37,613 nt of DNA from Planctomycetales bacterium (GCA_005239935.1 SBAZ01000025.1:1-37613), one strand, 5' to 3'; positions 6,212 through 14,092 are shown, numbered from the stretch's first letter. Numbers and translations are program-made. The notes: generated by a model from the sequence alone, not told the origin.

Positions 6212-6484
6212 ATGGTGCACACGGTCAGTCTTAAAGCCCTGCGGCCTACCCTGCCCCAGGTCATCGAGCGCATTGATGGGCGGCTGGACCGGTACGTGAT
6301 CACCCGCAGGGGTAAGCCGGTGGCGGTCATGCTGAGCGTGGAGGATTACGAGGCACTCATCGAGACGCTCGACATCCTGGGCGACCCCCGGGCCATGGCT
6401 GGCTTACGCCGCGGGGAGTCGGACCTCCGCGCGGGGCGGATGCGCGCCTGGGACCAGGTCAAGCGTTCCCTTGCCCGCCTATAG
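6212..6484 (+). CDS. Phd/YefM family type II antitoxin
   Basis: Start at ATG 6212 (MVHTVSLKALRPTLPQVIERI...). RYVITRRGKPVAVMLSVEDYEALIETLDIL is a typical Phd/YefM core. Confidence 0.85.
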   Translation: MVHTVSLKALRPTLPQVIERIDGRLDRYVITRRGKPVAVMLSVEDYEALIETLDILGDPRAMAGLRRGESDLRAGRMRAWDQVKRSLARL

Positions 6485-6737
6485 GCTTGCAGTCTCCAAC
6501 CAGGCCCAGCGGGTCCTGGCGCGCATGGCGCAGCGGGAGCCGGCACGCTATCGGAGGGTCGCCGGCGTGATCGACGATCTGGCCCGCGATCCACATCGGG
6601 GCAAGCCGCTCAAGGGACCTCTGGCCGGTCGCTGGTCGCTCCGGGTTGGGAGCTACCGCATCTTGTACCTTCTCCGGGCCCACGAGCTGCTCGTGCTCAT
6701 TATCGATGTCGGGCATCGGCGGGACATCTATCGCTGA
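6471..6737 (+). CDS. RelE/ParE family type II toxin
   Basis: 88 aa. GKPLKGPLAGRWSLRVGSYRILYLLRAHELLVLIIDVGHRRDIY is the RelE/ParE signature. TTG start overlaps the antitoxin end by 14 nt. Confidence 0.8.
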   Translation: MPAYRLAVSNQAQRVLARMAQREPARYRRVAGVIDDLARDPHRGKPLKGPLAGRWSLRVGSYRILYLLRAHELLVLIIDVGHRRDIYR

Positions 6738-6780
6738 TGAGATGCAGGCGCGGTGGACGGGCTGTCAGTCGGAAGCTAGT

Positions 6781-7620
6781 ATGATAGCCATGCACACACG
6801 GGCGGCGTGCCTCCTGCTCAGTCTGGCGCTGGCGGGGTGCGCGACGGCGGTCCCGTACACCGGGCCAGGGCCGCATCCACAACTCGAGCGCGGCGCGCCG
6901 GTCCCCCCGATCGACTTCCTCGGCAACGTCCTCGCCCTGCCCCTGAAACTCCTGCTCTGGAGCTGGAAGTTCGACGTCCATCACATCTCGCCAGACACGG
7001 AAGCCCAGTTAGTGGCCTACCTGGATGCCCGCGAGCTGCCGGCGTTGGAGGATACCAAGTTTCGGCTCAACCAGTACCGCCCGGCCCAAGACCTGGCGCG
7101 CCTCGTGAAGAACCGCCACGTGGCCTGGCCCTATCGGCTGCTCGTGGGGTTGCCGGTGACGCTTGTCTTCGACGTGTTGCTGCCAGGTCGGCTCCTGCCC
7201 TGGGGCGACTACTACAACCCCTGGACGAACACCGTCCACCTCTACTCGGACCATCCGGCGATCGCCCTGCATGAGGCCGGCCATGCCCACGACACCGCCG
7301 GCCGGCGCCTCAAGGGCACCTATAGCGCCCTGCGGCTCATTCCCTTCGTGGACCTCTACCAGGAGTACCAGGCTTCGACGGAAGCGATCGGGTATCTCGA
7401 ACATGAAGTGCCGGGTGTCGAGGACGAGCGCGCCGCCTACAAGATCCTGTATCCAGCCTATGGCTCCTACGCCGGCAGTTACCTGGTTGCGCCCATCGGG
7501 ACGGTTGTCGGGGTGCTCATCGGCCATGTCACGGGCCGGGGCAAGGCGGCCAGGACCAAGGCAACGGCTCCGCCGGCGCCTGCCGCGCCCCACGGGCCGC
7601 CGGCCCCGCCCACTCCATAA
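6781..7620 (+). CDS. lipoprotein with HExxH metallopeptidase-like motif and Pro/Ala-rich tail
   Basis: Start at ATG 6781 (MIAMHTRAACLLLSLALAGC, lipobox LAGC). Motif HPAIALHEAGHAHD. The longer ORF from 6646 overlaps relE and looks non-coding. Confidence 0.65.
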   Translation: MIAMHTRAACLLLSLALAGCATAVPYTGPGPHPQLERGAPVPPIDFLGNVLALPLKLLLWSWKFDVHHISPDTEAQLVAYLDARELPALEDTKFRLNQYRPAQDLARLVKNRHVAWPYRLLVGLPVTLVFDVLLPGRLLPWGDYYNPWTNTVHLYSDHPAIALHEAGHAHDTAGRRLKGTYSALRLIPFVDLYQEYQASTEAIGYLEHEVPGVEDERAAYKILYPAYGSYAGSYLVAPIGTVVGVLIGHVTGRGKAARTKATAPPAPAAPHGPPAPPTP

Positions 7621-7664
7621 CCTACTGGACGCGGACGCGAGGCGGCGGTAGGATAGGCCTTGTC

Positions 7665-7793
7665 ATGCGAATCCTCATCGTGGTCGTCCTCCTCACCACC
7701 TTGGCCGGCTGCATGTTCGTGCAGCGGCGGACGACAGGCTCCGTGCCCGGGCCGCGCCACGCGGTTCCCCCGCCCGATATCTACGGCCGGTAG
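7665..7793 (+). CDS. 42-aa mini-lipoprotein (below the ORF-track size cut-off)
   Basis: ATG 7665 to TAG 7791..7793, read by hand: MRILIVVVLLTTLAGCMFVQRRTTGSVPGPRHAVPPPDIYGR. Lipobox LAGC. Followed by a hairpin and T6. Confidence 0.45.
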   Translation: MRILIVVVLLTTLAGCMFVQRRTTGSVPGPRHAVPPPDIYGR

Positions 7794-7805
7794 GCCGCAT
7801 TTTTT
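7784..7805 (+). terminator. weak intrinsic terminator
   Basis: CGGCC-GGTA-GGCCG stem-loop (7784..7797) followed by a T6 tract (7800..7805). Confidence 0.4.
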
Positions 7806-7808
7806 GGC

Positions 7809-7867
7809 TTGACTAAAGTGTCCCGCATACACTATCTTGATAGATGTAAGTGTCTACCGAACACTTA
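7809..7867 (+). promoter_or_regulatory. nrtR-nadA promoter with two NrtR-type operators
   Basis: TTGACT at 7809..7814. Box 1 is AAAGTGT-CCCGCAT-ACACTAT (7815..7835, 6 of 7 arm matches). -10-like TATCTT at 7833..7838. Box 2 is TAAGTGT-CTACCGA-ACACTTA (7847..7867, a perfect 7-7-7 palindrome ending at the ATG). CTATCTTGATAG palindrome at 7832..7843. Confidence 0.6.
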
Positions 7868-8572
7868 ATGAGTCCTGCCGCAGTCTCCCTCAACGGCTTT
7901 GCACGGCACGCCGTGGCCGTGGACGTGGTGCTCTTCACGATCCAGGACGACGTGCTGAAGGTGCTGCTCGTGCGCCGGCAGCGCGCCCCCTTCCGGGGTG
8001 CGTGGGCGCTGCCGGGCGGCTTCGTGGGGCCCGAGGAGTCGGTCGACGCGGCCGCCCTGCGGGAGCTGCAAGAAGAGACGAGCATCGGGAACGTGTACCT
8101 CGAGCAACTCTACACCTTCGGGGACACCGAGCGCGACCCGCGCGGGCGGGTGTTGAGTGTCGCCTACTATGCCCTGGTGAACTGGCAGCGGATGCAGCTG
8201 CGCGCGCGGCGGGAGGTGGTCAGCGACGCGGAGTGGTTCCCGGTGCGGCGGCTGCCAGGACTGGCCTTCGACCACCGCAAGATCGTGGACTATGCCCTCG
8301 AGCGGCTGCGGAACAAATTGAACTATACGACCATCGCCTTTCAACTGCTGCAAGAGGAGTTCACCTTGACCGAGCTGCAGGGGGCCTACGAGGTGATCCT
8401 CGGCCAGCGGTTGGACAAGCGCAATTTCCGCCGCAAGATGCTCCAGCTGGGGATCCTGCGTGCGATGAACCGCTTCAAGGCGTCCGGCCGCCAACGCCCG
8501 GCGCGGCTCTACACCTTCACGGAGACGAAAGTCGTGAAACTGCAGGAAAAGGGGATCATCGTCCCCTTCTGA
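7868..8572 (+). CDS. nrtR: NrtR, Nudix-related transcriptional regulator of NAD metabolism
   Basis: Nudix box GGFVGPEESVDAAALRELQEETS. C-terminal winged-helix block FTLTELQGAYEVILGQRLDKRNFRRKM. Start set at ATG 7868; a GTG at 7850 is an alternative. Confidence 0.8.
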   Translation: MSPAAVSLNGFARHAVAVDVVLFTIQDDVLKVLLVRRQRAPFRGAWALPGGFVGPEESVDAAALRELQEETSIGNVYLEQLYTFGDTERDPRGRVLSVAYYALVNWQRMQLRARREVVSDAEWFPVRRLPGLAFDHRKIVDYALERLRNKLNYTTIAFQLLQEEFTLTELQGAYEVILGQRLDKRNFRRKMLQLGILRAMNRFKASGRQRPARLYTFTETKVVKLQEKGIIVPF

Positions 8573-8574
8573 CG

Positions 8575-9612
8575 ATGGCGGAGTGCGCGAACGGTCACGC
8601 GAACGGGGGCTGCCGCGGGAACGGCCATGGCAACGGCCACGGCCCCGTGACGGCCTACCCCGAGGGCACGACCGCCGTCGTCCGGCGGGACCCGGCGGCT
8701 GAGGCCCGCCTGCGCCAGGCGATCACCGCGCTCAAGCAGGAGCGGCAGGCGATCATCTTGGCGCACAATTATCAAGAAGGCGCGATCCAGGATGTCGCCG
8801 ACTTCGTCGGCGACTCGCTGGGCCTCGCGCAGACGGCGCGCGAGACGGACGCCAAGCTCATCGTCTTCGCCGGCGTCCATTTCATGGCCGAAACTGCGGC
8901 CATGCTCTGCCCCGACAAGACCGTCCTCATCCCCGACCTCAACGCCGGCTGCTCGCTGGCCGACATGATCATCCCAGAGCAGATCCGCGCCTGGCGCGCC
9001 ACGCATCCGGACGGCGTTGTGGTGTGTTATGTCAATACCTCCGCCGCGGTCAAAGCCGAGTGCGACTACTGCGTGACCTCGACGAACGGCATGAAGGTGA
9101 TCGAGCACATCCCGGCGGAGAAGGAGATCCTCTTCGTCCCGGACTTCTACCTCGGCAGCTACCTCAAGGCGAAGACCAAGCGCAAGATTCACCTCTGGAA
9201 AGGCTACTGCCCGGCGCACGCAGCCATTCTGCCGGAGCAGGTCGAAGCCCTCATCACGCAGCACCCGGAGGCCGAGTTCCTCATGCACCCGGAGTGCGGG
9301 TGCCTCACCAAGGACATGCACCTGGCCGATCAGATTCTGTCGACCGAGGGGATGGTGCGGCACGTGGCGAGCTCGGCGGGCCAGGAGTTTATCATCGCGA
9401 CGGAGACCGGGCTGCTGAACCGGCTGCGCCACCAGTTCCCGGACAAGCAATTCTATCCGGCGAGCGAGCAGGCGGGGTGCCGGCACATGCAGCGCAACAC
9501 TCTCGAGAAGGTCCTCTGGTCGCTGGCGAACACTCAGTTTGTCGTCACGGTGGATCCGGCGATCGCGCAGCGCGCGGTCAAGCCGATCGAGCGGATGCTG
9601 GCGATCAGCTAG
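8575..9612 (+). CDS. nadA: quinolinate synthase NadA
   Basis: IILAHNYQ, VHFMAET, VNTSAAVKA and MHPECGC blocks. ATG 8575 lies 2 nt after the nrtR stop. The upstream part of ORF 7837..9612 overlaps nrtR out of frame. Confidence 0.9.
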   Translation: MAECANGHANGGCRGNGHGNGHGPVTAYPEGTTAVVRRDPAAEARLRQAITALKQERQAIILAHNYQEGAIQDVADFVGDSLGLAQTARETDAKLIVFAGVHFMAETAAMLCPDKTVLIPDLNAGCSLADMIIPEQIRAWRATHPDGVVVCYVNTSAAVKAECDYCVTSTNGMKVIEHIPAEKEILFVPDFYLGSYLKAKTKRKIHLWKGYCPAHAAILPEQVEALITQHPEAEFLMHPECGCLTKDMHLADQILSTEGMVRHVASSAGQEFIIATETGLLNRLRHQFPDKQFYPASEQAGCRHMQRNTLEKVLWSLANTQFVVTVDPAIAQRAVKPIERMLAIS

Positions 9613-9633
9613 GCCGGCACCGGCCAGCAACAG

Positions 9634-9672
9634 CGGGGCCGCTTCTCTTCGAGAAGCGGCCCCGTGGCTTTT
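9634..9672 (+). terminator. intrinsic terminator of nadA (REP-related stem)
   Basis: GGGGCCGCTTCTC-TTC-GAGAAGCGGCCCC (13-bp stem, 9635..9663) followed by GTGGCTTTT. The arm differs at 2 of 13 positions from the REP arm GGGGACGTTTCTC. Confidence 0.7.
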
Positions 9673-9786
9673 AAGGGGGCTGTTTCCTGCCCCGCCCGGC
9701 GGGGCGGAAATGGCCAGGGATGGGGTTCAGCCTTGAAGGGGTCTGGGCCCCGCAGGGGGCCTGAGCCCGAGGTCTGAAGCAAAAGG

Positions 9787-9823
9787 ACAGCGGGGACGTT
9801 TCTCCGAGAAACGTCCCCGCTGT
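9787..9823. repeat. REP-like palindrome ACAGCGGGGACGTTTCTC-C-GAGAAACGTCCCCGCTGT
   Basis: 37-nt perfect palindrome (18-bp arms). Its last base is the first base of the stop codon of the minus-strand gene 9823..10380. It lies between the convergent nadA and fab operons. Confidence 0.85.
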
Positions 9824-10380
9824 CAATCGAACAGGAGGTACCAGGTCCCCCGTACCTTCTCGAACCGCCAGATGTCGGTTCGCTTGGCCGAGGACAGCCC
9901 GCCGATGGCATCCACAGTAGCCAGCTCCACCAGCAGCATCACCTTCGCGGTCGACTTGCTCGTCAGGTTGATCTCCTGCGGCTCGATCTTGCTGGTGGTC
10001 ACCGTCCGGCTGGCATACCCGCCGAGAAACTGCGCGGCCTGGTGCATCACGTCAGACTGAAAGCGACCCGGCAACCGCCCGTAGCTCGCCAAGGTGTCTC
10101 CATCGATCTCCATGATGCTAAAGATGATCTTCCGAACGAGCTGGTCCAGCTCTTCGCGATCCAGCTGGCGCTGCTCCTCCAGCGCCTTCGCTTCCGCGCT
10201 GCGGTCCACCTCACGGCTTGGCACGAAGGTGCTGCCGCCTGCGGGTGCGGGCGCCTCGTCCGAGGCGACGCACGGAGGGCCCATGAGCACCCCAGCCAGC
10301 ACACACGCGGCCACTGGGACCCAGCTGGATCCGGCCGATCCCCCTGACGTGCGTGGACGAGTCAGTGTCAGCCTCAGCAT
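9823..10380 (-). CDS. secreted hypothetical protein (possibly NTF2-like fold)
   Basis: Start at ATG 10380 (MLRLTLTRPRTSGGSAGSSWVPVAACVLAGVLMG...), with GAGGG 7 nt upstream, 10 nt after the fabD stop. The C-terminus TDIWRFEKVRGTWYLLFD is reminiscent of NTF2/SnoaL-like ends. Confidence 0.6.
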   Translation of the reverse strand: MLRLTLTRPRTSGGSAGSSWVPVAACVLAGVLMGPPCVASDEAPAPAGGSTFVPSREVDRSAEAKALEEQRQLDREELDQLVRKIIFSIMEIDGDTLASYGRLPGRFQSDVMHQAAQFLGGYASRTVTTSKIEPQEINLTSKSTAKVMLLVELATVDAIGGLSSAKRTDIWRFEKVRGTWYLLFD

Positions 10381-10390
10381 GACGCGGCCC

Positions 10391-11344
10391 TCACTCCGGA
10401 ACGGCCACCGGAACCTCGAGCGCCTCCCCGACCTTGACCAGGTCTTGTGGCGCGTCCACCGCGAGGCCGGTGGCGGACTTGTCGATGCGCCGCAGGAGGC
10501 CGGTGAGGACGCGCGCCGGCGGGAACTCGATGAAGTGGGTGGCCCCGGCCGCGAGGGCCGTCCGCACGGAGGCTTCCCACCGCACCGGGCTGACGATCTG
10601 CCGCGCGAGCAGGCTCCGGATCTGCCCCGCCTCGCGGACCATCTGGCCAGTGACATTCGTGATCACGGGAAAGTCAGGCTCCCGGAGCTTCACCTTCTCG
10701 AGGGCCCTGGCGAGGACGTCCGCGGCCGGCTGCATCATGGGGGAGTGGAAGGCGCCGGCCACGTCAAGCTTCATGGCCCGCTTGGCGCCCCGGGCCTTGG
10801 CGGCACCTTCCGCATCGGCAATCTGCTCCGCGGTGCCTGAGAGCACGACTTGGTCAGGACTGTTGTAGTTGGCGCCCAGCGCACCGGAGTCCCGGCAAAT
10901 CTCCTCGATCGCCCCAGCCTCTAACCCCACCACCGCGAGCATGGCCCCGGGATGGCGCGCCGCGCACTCGGCCATCGCCTCGCCCCGCGCGCGCACCAGG
11001 TAGCAGCCGTCCTCGAAGCTGAAGGCCTGCGCCACGGCCAGCGCCGTCAGCTCGCCAAGACTGAGCCCAGCCGCGGCCAGCGGCTGCACCGAGCTGGGCA
11101 TGAGGCGCCGAAAGGCGACGAAGGCGGCGAGCGACGTGGCGAAGAGGGCCGGTTGGCAGGTTTCGGTCTTGGTCAAGGCCTCTGGCGGCCCCTCGAAGCA
11201 CAAGGCGGCGACATCAAACCCGAAGGCCTTGTTCGCGCGGCGGTAGAGGTCCTTGGATTCCTCGAAGCGGTCATAGAAGGCCTTGCCCATTCCGACCGCT
11301 TGCGCGCCCTGGCCGGGTAGGAGGAAGACCAGGCCCCGCGCCAT
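10391..11344 (-). CDS. fabD: malonyl-CoA:ACP transacylase
   Basis: LLPGQGAQAVGMG, GLSLGELTA and AFHSPMM motifs. ATG at 11344 overlaps the fabH TGA by 1 nt (GTGATGG). A GTG at 11350 is an alternative start. Confidence 0.9.
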   Translation of the reverse strand: MARGLVFLLPGQGAQAVGMGKAFYDRFEESKDLYRRANKAFGFDVAALCFEGPPEALTKTETCQPALFATSLAAFVAFRRLMPSSVQPLAAAGLSLGELTALAVAQAFSFEDGCYLVRARGEAMAECAARHPGAMLAVVGLEAGAIEEICRDSGALGANYNSPDQVVLSGTAEQIADAEGAAKARGAKRAMKLDVAGAFHSPMMQPAADVLARALEKVKLREPDFPVITNVTGQMVREAGQIRSLLARQIVSPVRWEASVRTALAAGATHFIEFPPARVLTGLLRRIDKSATGLAVDAPQDLVKVGEALEVPVAVPE

Positions 11345-12375
11345 CACCACTCGAGGGCGATGGAGCCCCAGGTCATGCCGGCCCCGAACGCGACCATGAC
11401 GACCCGGTCGCCCGTGTTGATGCGGCCTGCCTTGACCGCCTCATAGAGGGCCATGAGGTTGGAGGCGGCCGACGTGTTGCCGTAGCGCTGGAGGTTCTCG
11501 AAGACCTTCTCCATGGGCACGTCCGCGAACTTGGCGACGGACTCGATGATGCGGTGATTGGCCTGGTGCGGGATGAAGCAGTTGACCTGCTCCGGCGTCA
11601 GCCCGGCGTCCGCCATGACGCGCTTGACTGACTCGGCCATGCGCCGCACGGCCATCTTGAACACCTCCGCGCCGTTCATGCGCAAGAAGTGCAACCGCTG
11701 GTCCACGGACTCGTGGGAGGGCGGGTGCTTCGAGCCGCCGCCGGCCATGTAGAGCAACTCCGCCGCGCTGCCGTCCGTGCGCATGTCCGTCGCCAGGATC
11801 CCGCCGCGCTCGACCGGCGCCATGACGCATGCCCCGGCCCCGTCGCCGAAGAGGATGCAGGTTGAGCGGTCGGTCCAATCAATGAAGCCGGAGAGCACCT
11901 CCGCGCCAATGACGAGCGCGTTGCGGTAGCGGCCGGTGGCCAGGTACTGCTGGGCGGTCACCATCGCGAAGACCGACCCGGAGCAGGCGGCGGAGAGATC
12001 GAAGCAGACGGCGTTCGCGGCTCCCAGCCGCTGCTGGACGAGGCAGGAGGCGGAGGGAAAGAGCATATCCGGGGTCGTGGTGGCCACGATGAGCAGGTCG
12101 AGATCCTGCGGCTTGAGCCCGGCTTGACCGAGGGCCTCGCGGCCCGCCTCCGTGGCCAGGTCGCTCGTGGTGGTGCCGGGCTCGGCGATGCGGCGCTCCT
12201 GGATGCCGGTGCGTGTGCGGATCCACTCATCGGTCGTGTCCACCATCTTCTCCAGGTCGGCGTTGGTGAGGACCTTGCTGGGGACGCACATCCCTAAGCC
12301 GAGGAGACCGATGCGGGAACCAGGGGGCTGACGGGCCCCGGCTGGAGGGCCGCCGGCGCCGGGGCGGGCACTCAT
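11344..12375 (-). CDS. fabH: 3-oxoacyl-ACP synthase III (KAS III)
   Basis: DLSAACSGSVFAM (active-site Cys), HQANHRII and GNTSAAS motifs. ATGA overlap with the plsX stop. About 20-aa Gly/Pro-rich N-terminal extension. Confidence 0.9.
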   Translation of the reverse strand: MSARPGAGGPPAGARQPPGSRIGLLGLGMCVPSKVLTNADLEKMVDTTDEWIRTRTGIQERRIAEPGTTTSDLATEAGREALGQAGLKPQDLDLLIVATTTPDMLFPSASCLVQQRLGAANAVCFDLSAACSGSVFAMVTAQQYLATGRYRNALVIGAEVLSGFIDWTDRSTCILFGDGAGACVMAPVERGGILATDMRTDGSAAELLYMAGGGSKHPPSHESVDQRLHFLRMNGAEVFKMAVRRMAESVKRVMADAGLTPEQVNCFIPHQANHRIIESVAKFADVPMEKVFENLQRYGNTSAASNLMALYEAVKAGRINTGDRVVMVAFGAGMTWGSIALEW

Positions 12376-13388
12376 GCCTGGAGGGTCTTGATGCGGTCGT
12401 TGTAGGTCGCGATCGTCTCGGTCATCGTCTTCGTCAAATCATGGCTGACCGACTCGTAGGCGACCCGGATGGCATTTTTGATCGCCTTGGCACTCGAGGC
12501 GCCATGGGCGATGATCGACACGCCGTCTACACCGAGCAGCGGCGCACCGCCGTGCTCGGCGTAGTCCACTTCCTGGCGCAGTTCACGGAAGGCGTCGAGG
12601 GCGAGCCATGCCCCGAGGCGGGTGATCCAACTCTTGGCCAGCGAGCGTTTGAGCAGGACGTTGATGGCCTTGGCCAGGCTCTCGGCGGTCTTGAGGGCGA
12701 CGTTGCCGGCGAAGCCGTCGCAGACGATCACATTGACCTCGCCCGAGAAGATGTCGTGACCCTCGACGTTGCCGACGAAGTTGACGCCGGAGCCCTCGAT
12801 GAGCTCGTGTGTCTCCTTGATGAAGTCGGTGCCCTTGCTCTCCTCTTCCCCGACGTTCAGCAACCCGACCGTCGGCCGCGGCTTGCGGAGGACCTGCCGG
12901 ACGTACACCTCCCCCATGAGGGCATAGTGCACCAGGTGGAGGGGCTTGGGGTCGATGTTCGCTCCGACGTCAATCACGAGCGTATCGCCCTTGACCCCCG
13001 GCAGGAGGATCGCGATGCCCGGCCGTTCGACCCCGGGCAGGAGGCCGACGAAGAGCGTGCTGGCCGCCACCACCGCGCCGGTATTGCCGGCGGAGACGAA
13101 GGCGTCGGCCTTGCCCTCCTTCATGAGGGTCACGCCGACGTTAACGGAGGAGTCTTTCTTCTTGCGGACGCTGGTCGCCGGCGACTCGTCCATGCCGACA
13201 ACCTCGGAGGCGTGGTGGACGGTGAGGTTGGCGGGCCGCCTCGCGTAGCGGGCCAGCTGCTCCTCGACCACCGTCTGGGGGCCCACGAGGATGATCTCCG
13301 CGCTGAGCTCGCGGGCGGCGCGGACCGCCCCCGCGACAATCGGGGCCGGCGCGTCATCGCCTCCCATGGCATCAAGTGCGATTCGCAT
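12372..13388 (-). CDS. plsX: phosphate acyltransferase PlsX
   Basis: MRIALDAMGGDDAP..., VSAGNTGA and GFAGNVALKT blocks. Confidence 0.9.
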   Translation of the reverse strand: MRIALDAMGGDDAPAPIVAGAVRAARELSAEIILVGPQTVVEEQLARYARRPANLTVHHASEVVGMDESPATSVRKKKDSSVNVGVTLMKEGKADAFVSAGNTGAVVAASTLFVGLLPGVERPGIAILLPGVKGDTLVIDVGANIDPKPLHLVHYALMGEVYVRQVLRKPRPTVGLLNVGEEESKGTDFIKETHELIEGSGVNFVGNVEGHDIFSGEVNVIVCDGFAGNVALKTAESLAKAINVLLKRSLAKSWITRLGAWLALDAFRELRQEVDYAEHGGAPLLGVDGVSIIAHGASSAKAIKNAIRVAYESVSHDLTKTMTETIATYNDRIKTLQA

Positions 13389-13415
13389 GCTGGACCCTCG
13401 CGGGTGCCGCAGCCC

Positions 13416-13625
13416 TTACGCGGCCGAGGCCGCCTTCTTCGCGCGCTGCTCGCGGACGACCACCACCTGCCGGCCGCGATAGAACCCGCAGCCCGGACAG
13501 ACGCGGTGGGGACGCATCGCCTTCGCGCACTGCGGACAGCGCGTCAGCGAGCCGAGCGTCAAGCGCCAGTTGGCCCGGCGCTTGTCCCGCCGTCCGCGGC
13601 TGAACTTCCGCTTGGGAAGGGCCAT
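13416..13625 (-). CDS. rpmF: 50S ribosomal protein L32
   Basis: Internal ATG 13625: MALPKRKFSRGRRDKRRANW...CPQCAKAMRPHRVCPGCGFY. Confidence 0.9.
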   Translation of the reverse strand: MALPKRKFSRGRRDKRRANWRLTLGSLTRCPQCAKAMRPHRVCPGCGFYRGRQVVVVREQRAKKAASAA

Positions 13626-13638
13626 GCTGCCTCTCGCG

Positions 13639-14058
13639 TTAGGCGCCGCGAGGCGCCTCGTGCCCACACGTCGTCGTATTGCGGTCCGCCCCACAGACCC
13701 CGCAGAGCCCTTTGCAGGCCGGGCGGCACAGGGGCGTCATCGGATACGCCAGGATCACCTCCTGGCGGACGTCGTCGGTGATATCCACCACGGTGCCGGG
13801 CGCCACTTTGTACGTAAACACGCCCCTCGGGCTGACCATCGCCTCAAACTCAGTCAGACACCGGGCACAGGTGCACGTGAGCGGGCAACGGATCGCGGCC
13901 TGGACGACCATCTCCCTCGCTGAGACGGTGGCCAGCACGTCGGCTTCCAGTGGCCGGCGCGGGTGCACGTCCTCCCGCGCCATGTCGAGTTCGACGGGGT
14001 CGTACACCGCGCGCTCCCGCAAGCCGTCCTCCGGCACCTCGTTCACATGAATCTTCAT
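13639..14058 (-). CDS. yceD: YceD/DUF177 family protein
   Basis: ATG 14058 (MKIHVNEVPEDG...) with AGGAGG upstream. C-terminal CRPACKGLCGVCGADRN Cys cluster. Canonical position upstream of rpmF. Confidence 0.8.
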   Translation of the reverse strand: MKIHVNEVPEDGLRERAVYDPVELDMAREDVHPRRPLEADVLATVSAREMVVQAAIRCPLTCTCARCLTEFEAMVSPRGVFTYKVAPGTVVDITDDVRQEVILAYPMTPLCRPACKGLCGVCGADRNTTTCGHEAPRGA

Positions 14059-14092
14059 GGCGTGATCCTCCTGCCGGGGCGCGGCCACCGCC

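Noticed and set aside
7837-9612. A single 591-aa ORF spanning nrtR and nadA.
   Set aside because: Its first 246 codons overlap nrtR out of frame and are Arg/Ala/Gly-rich. The NadA-like sequence begins only at the ATG at 8575.
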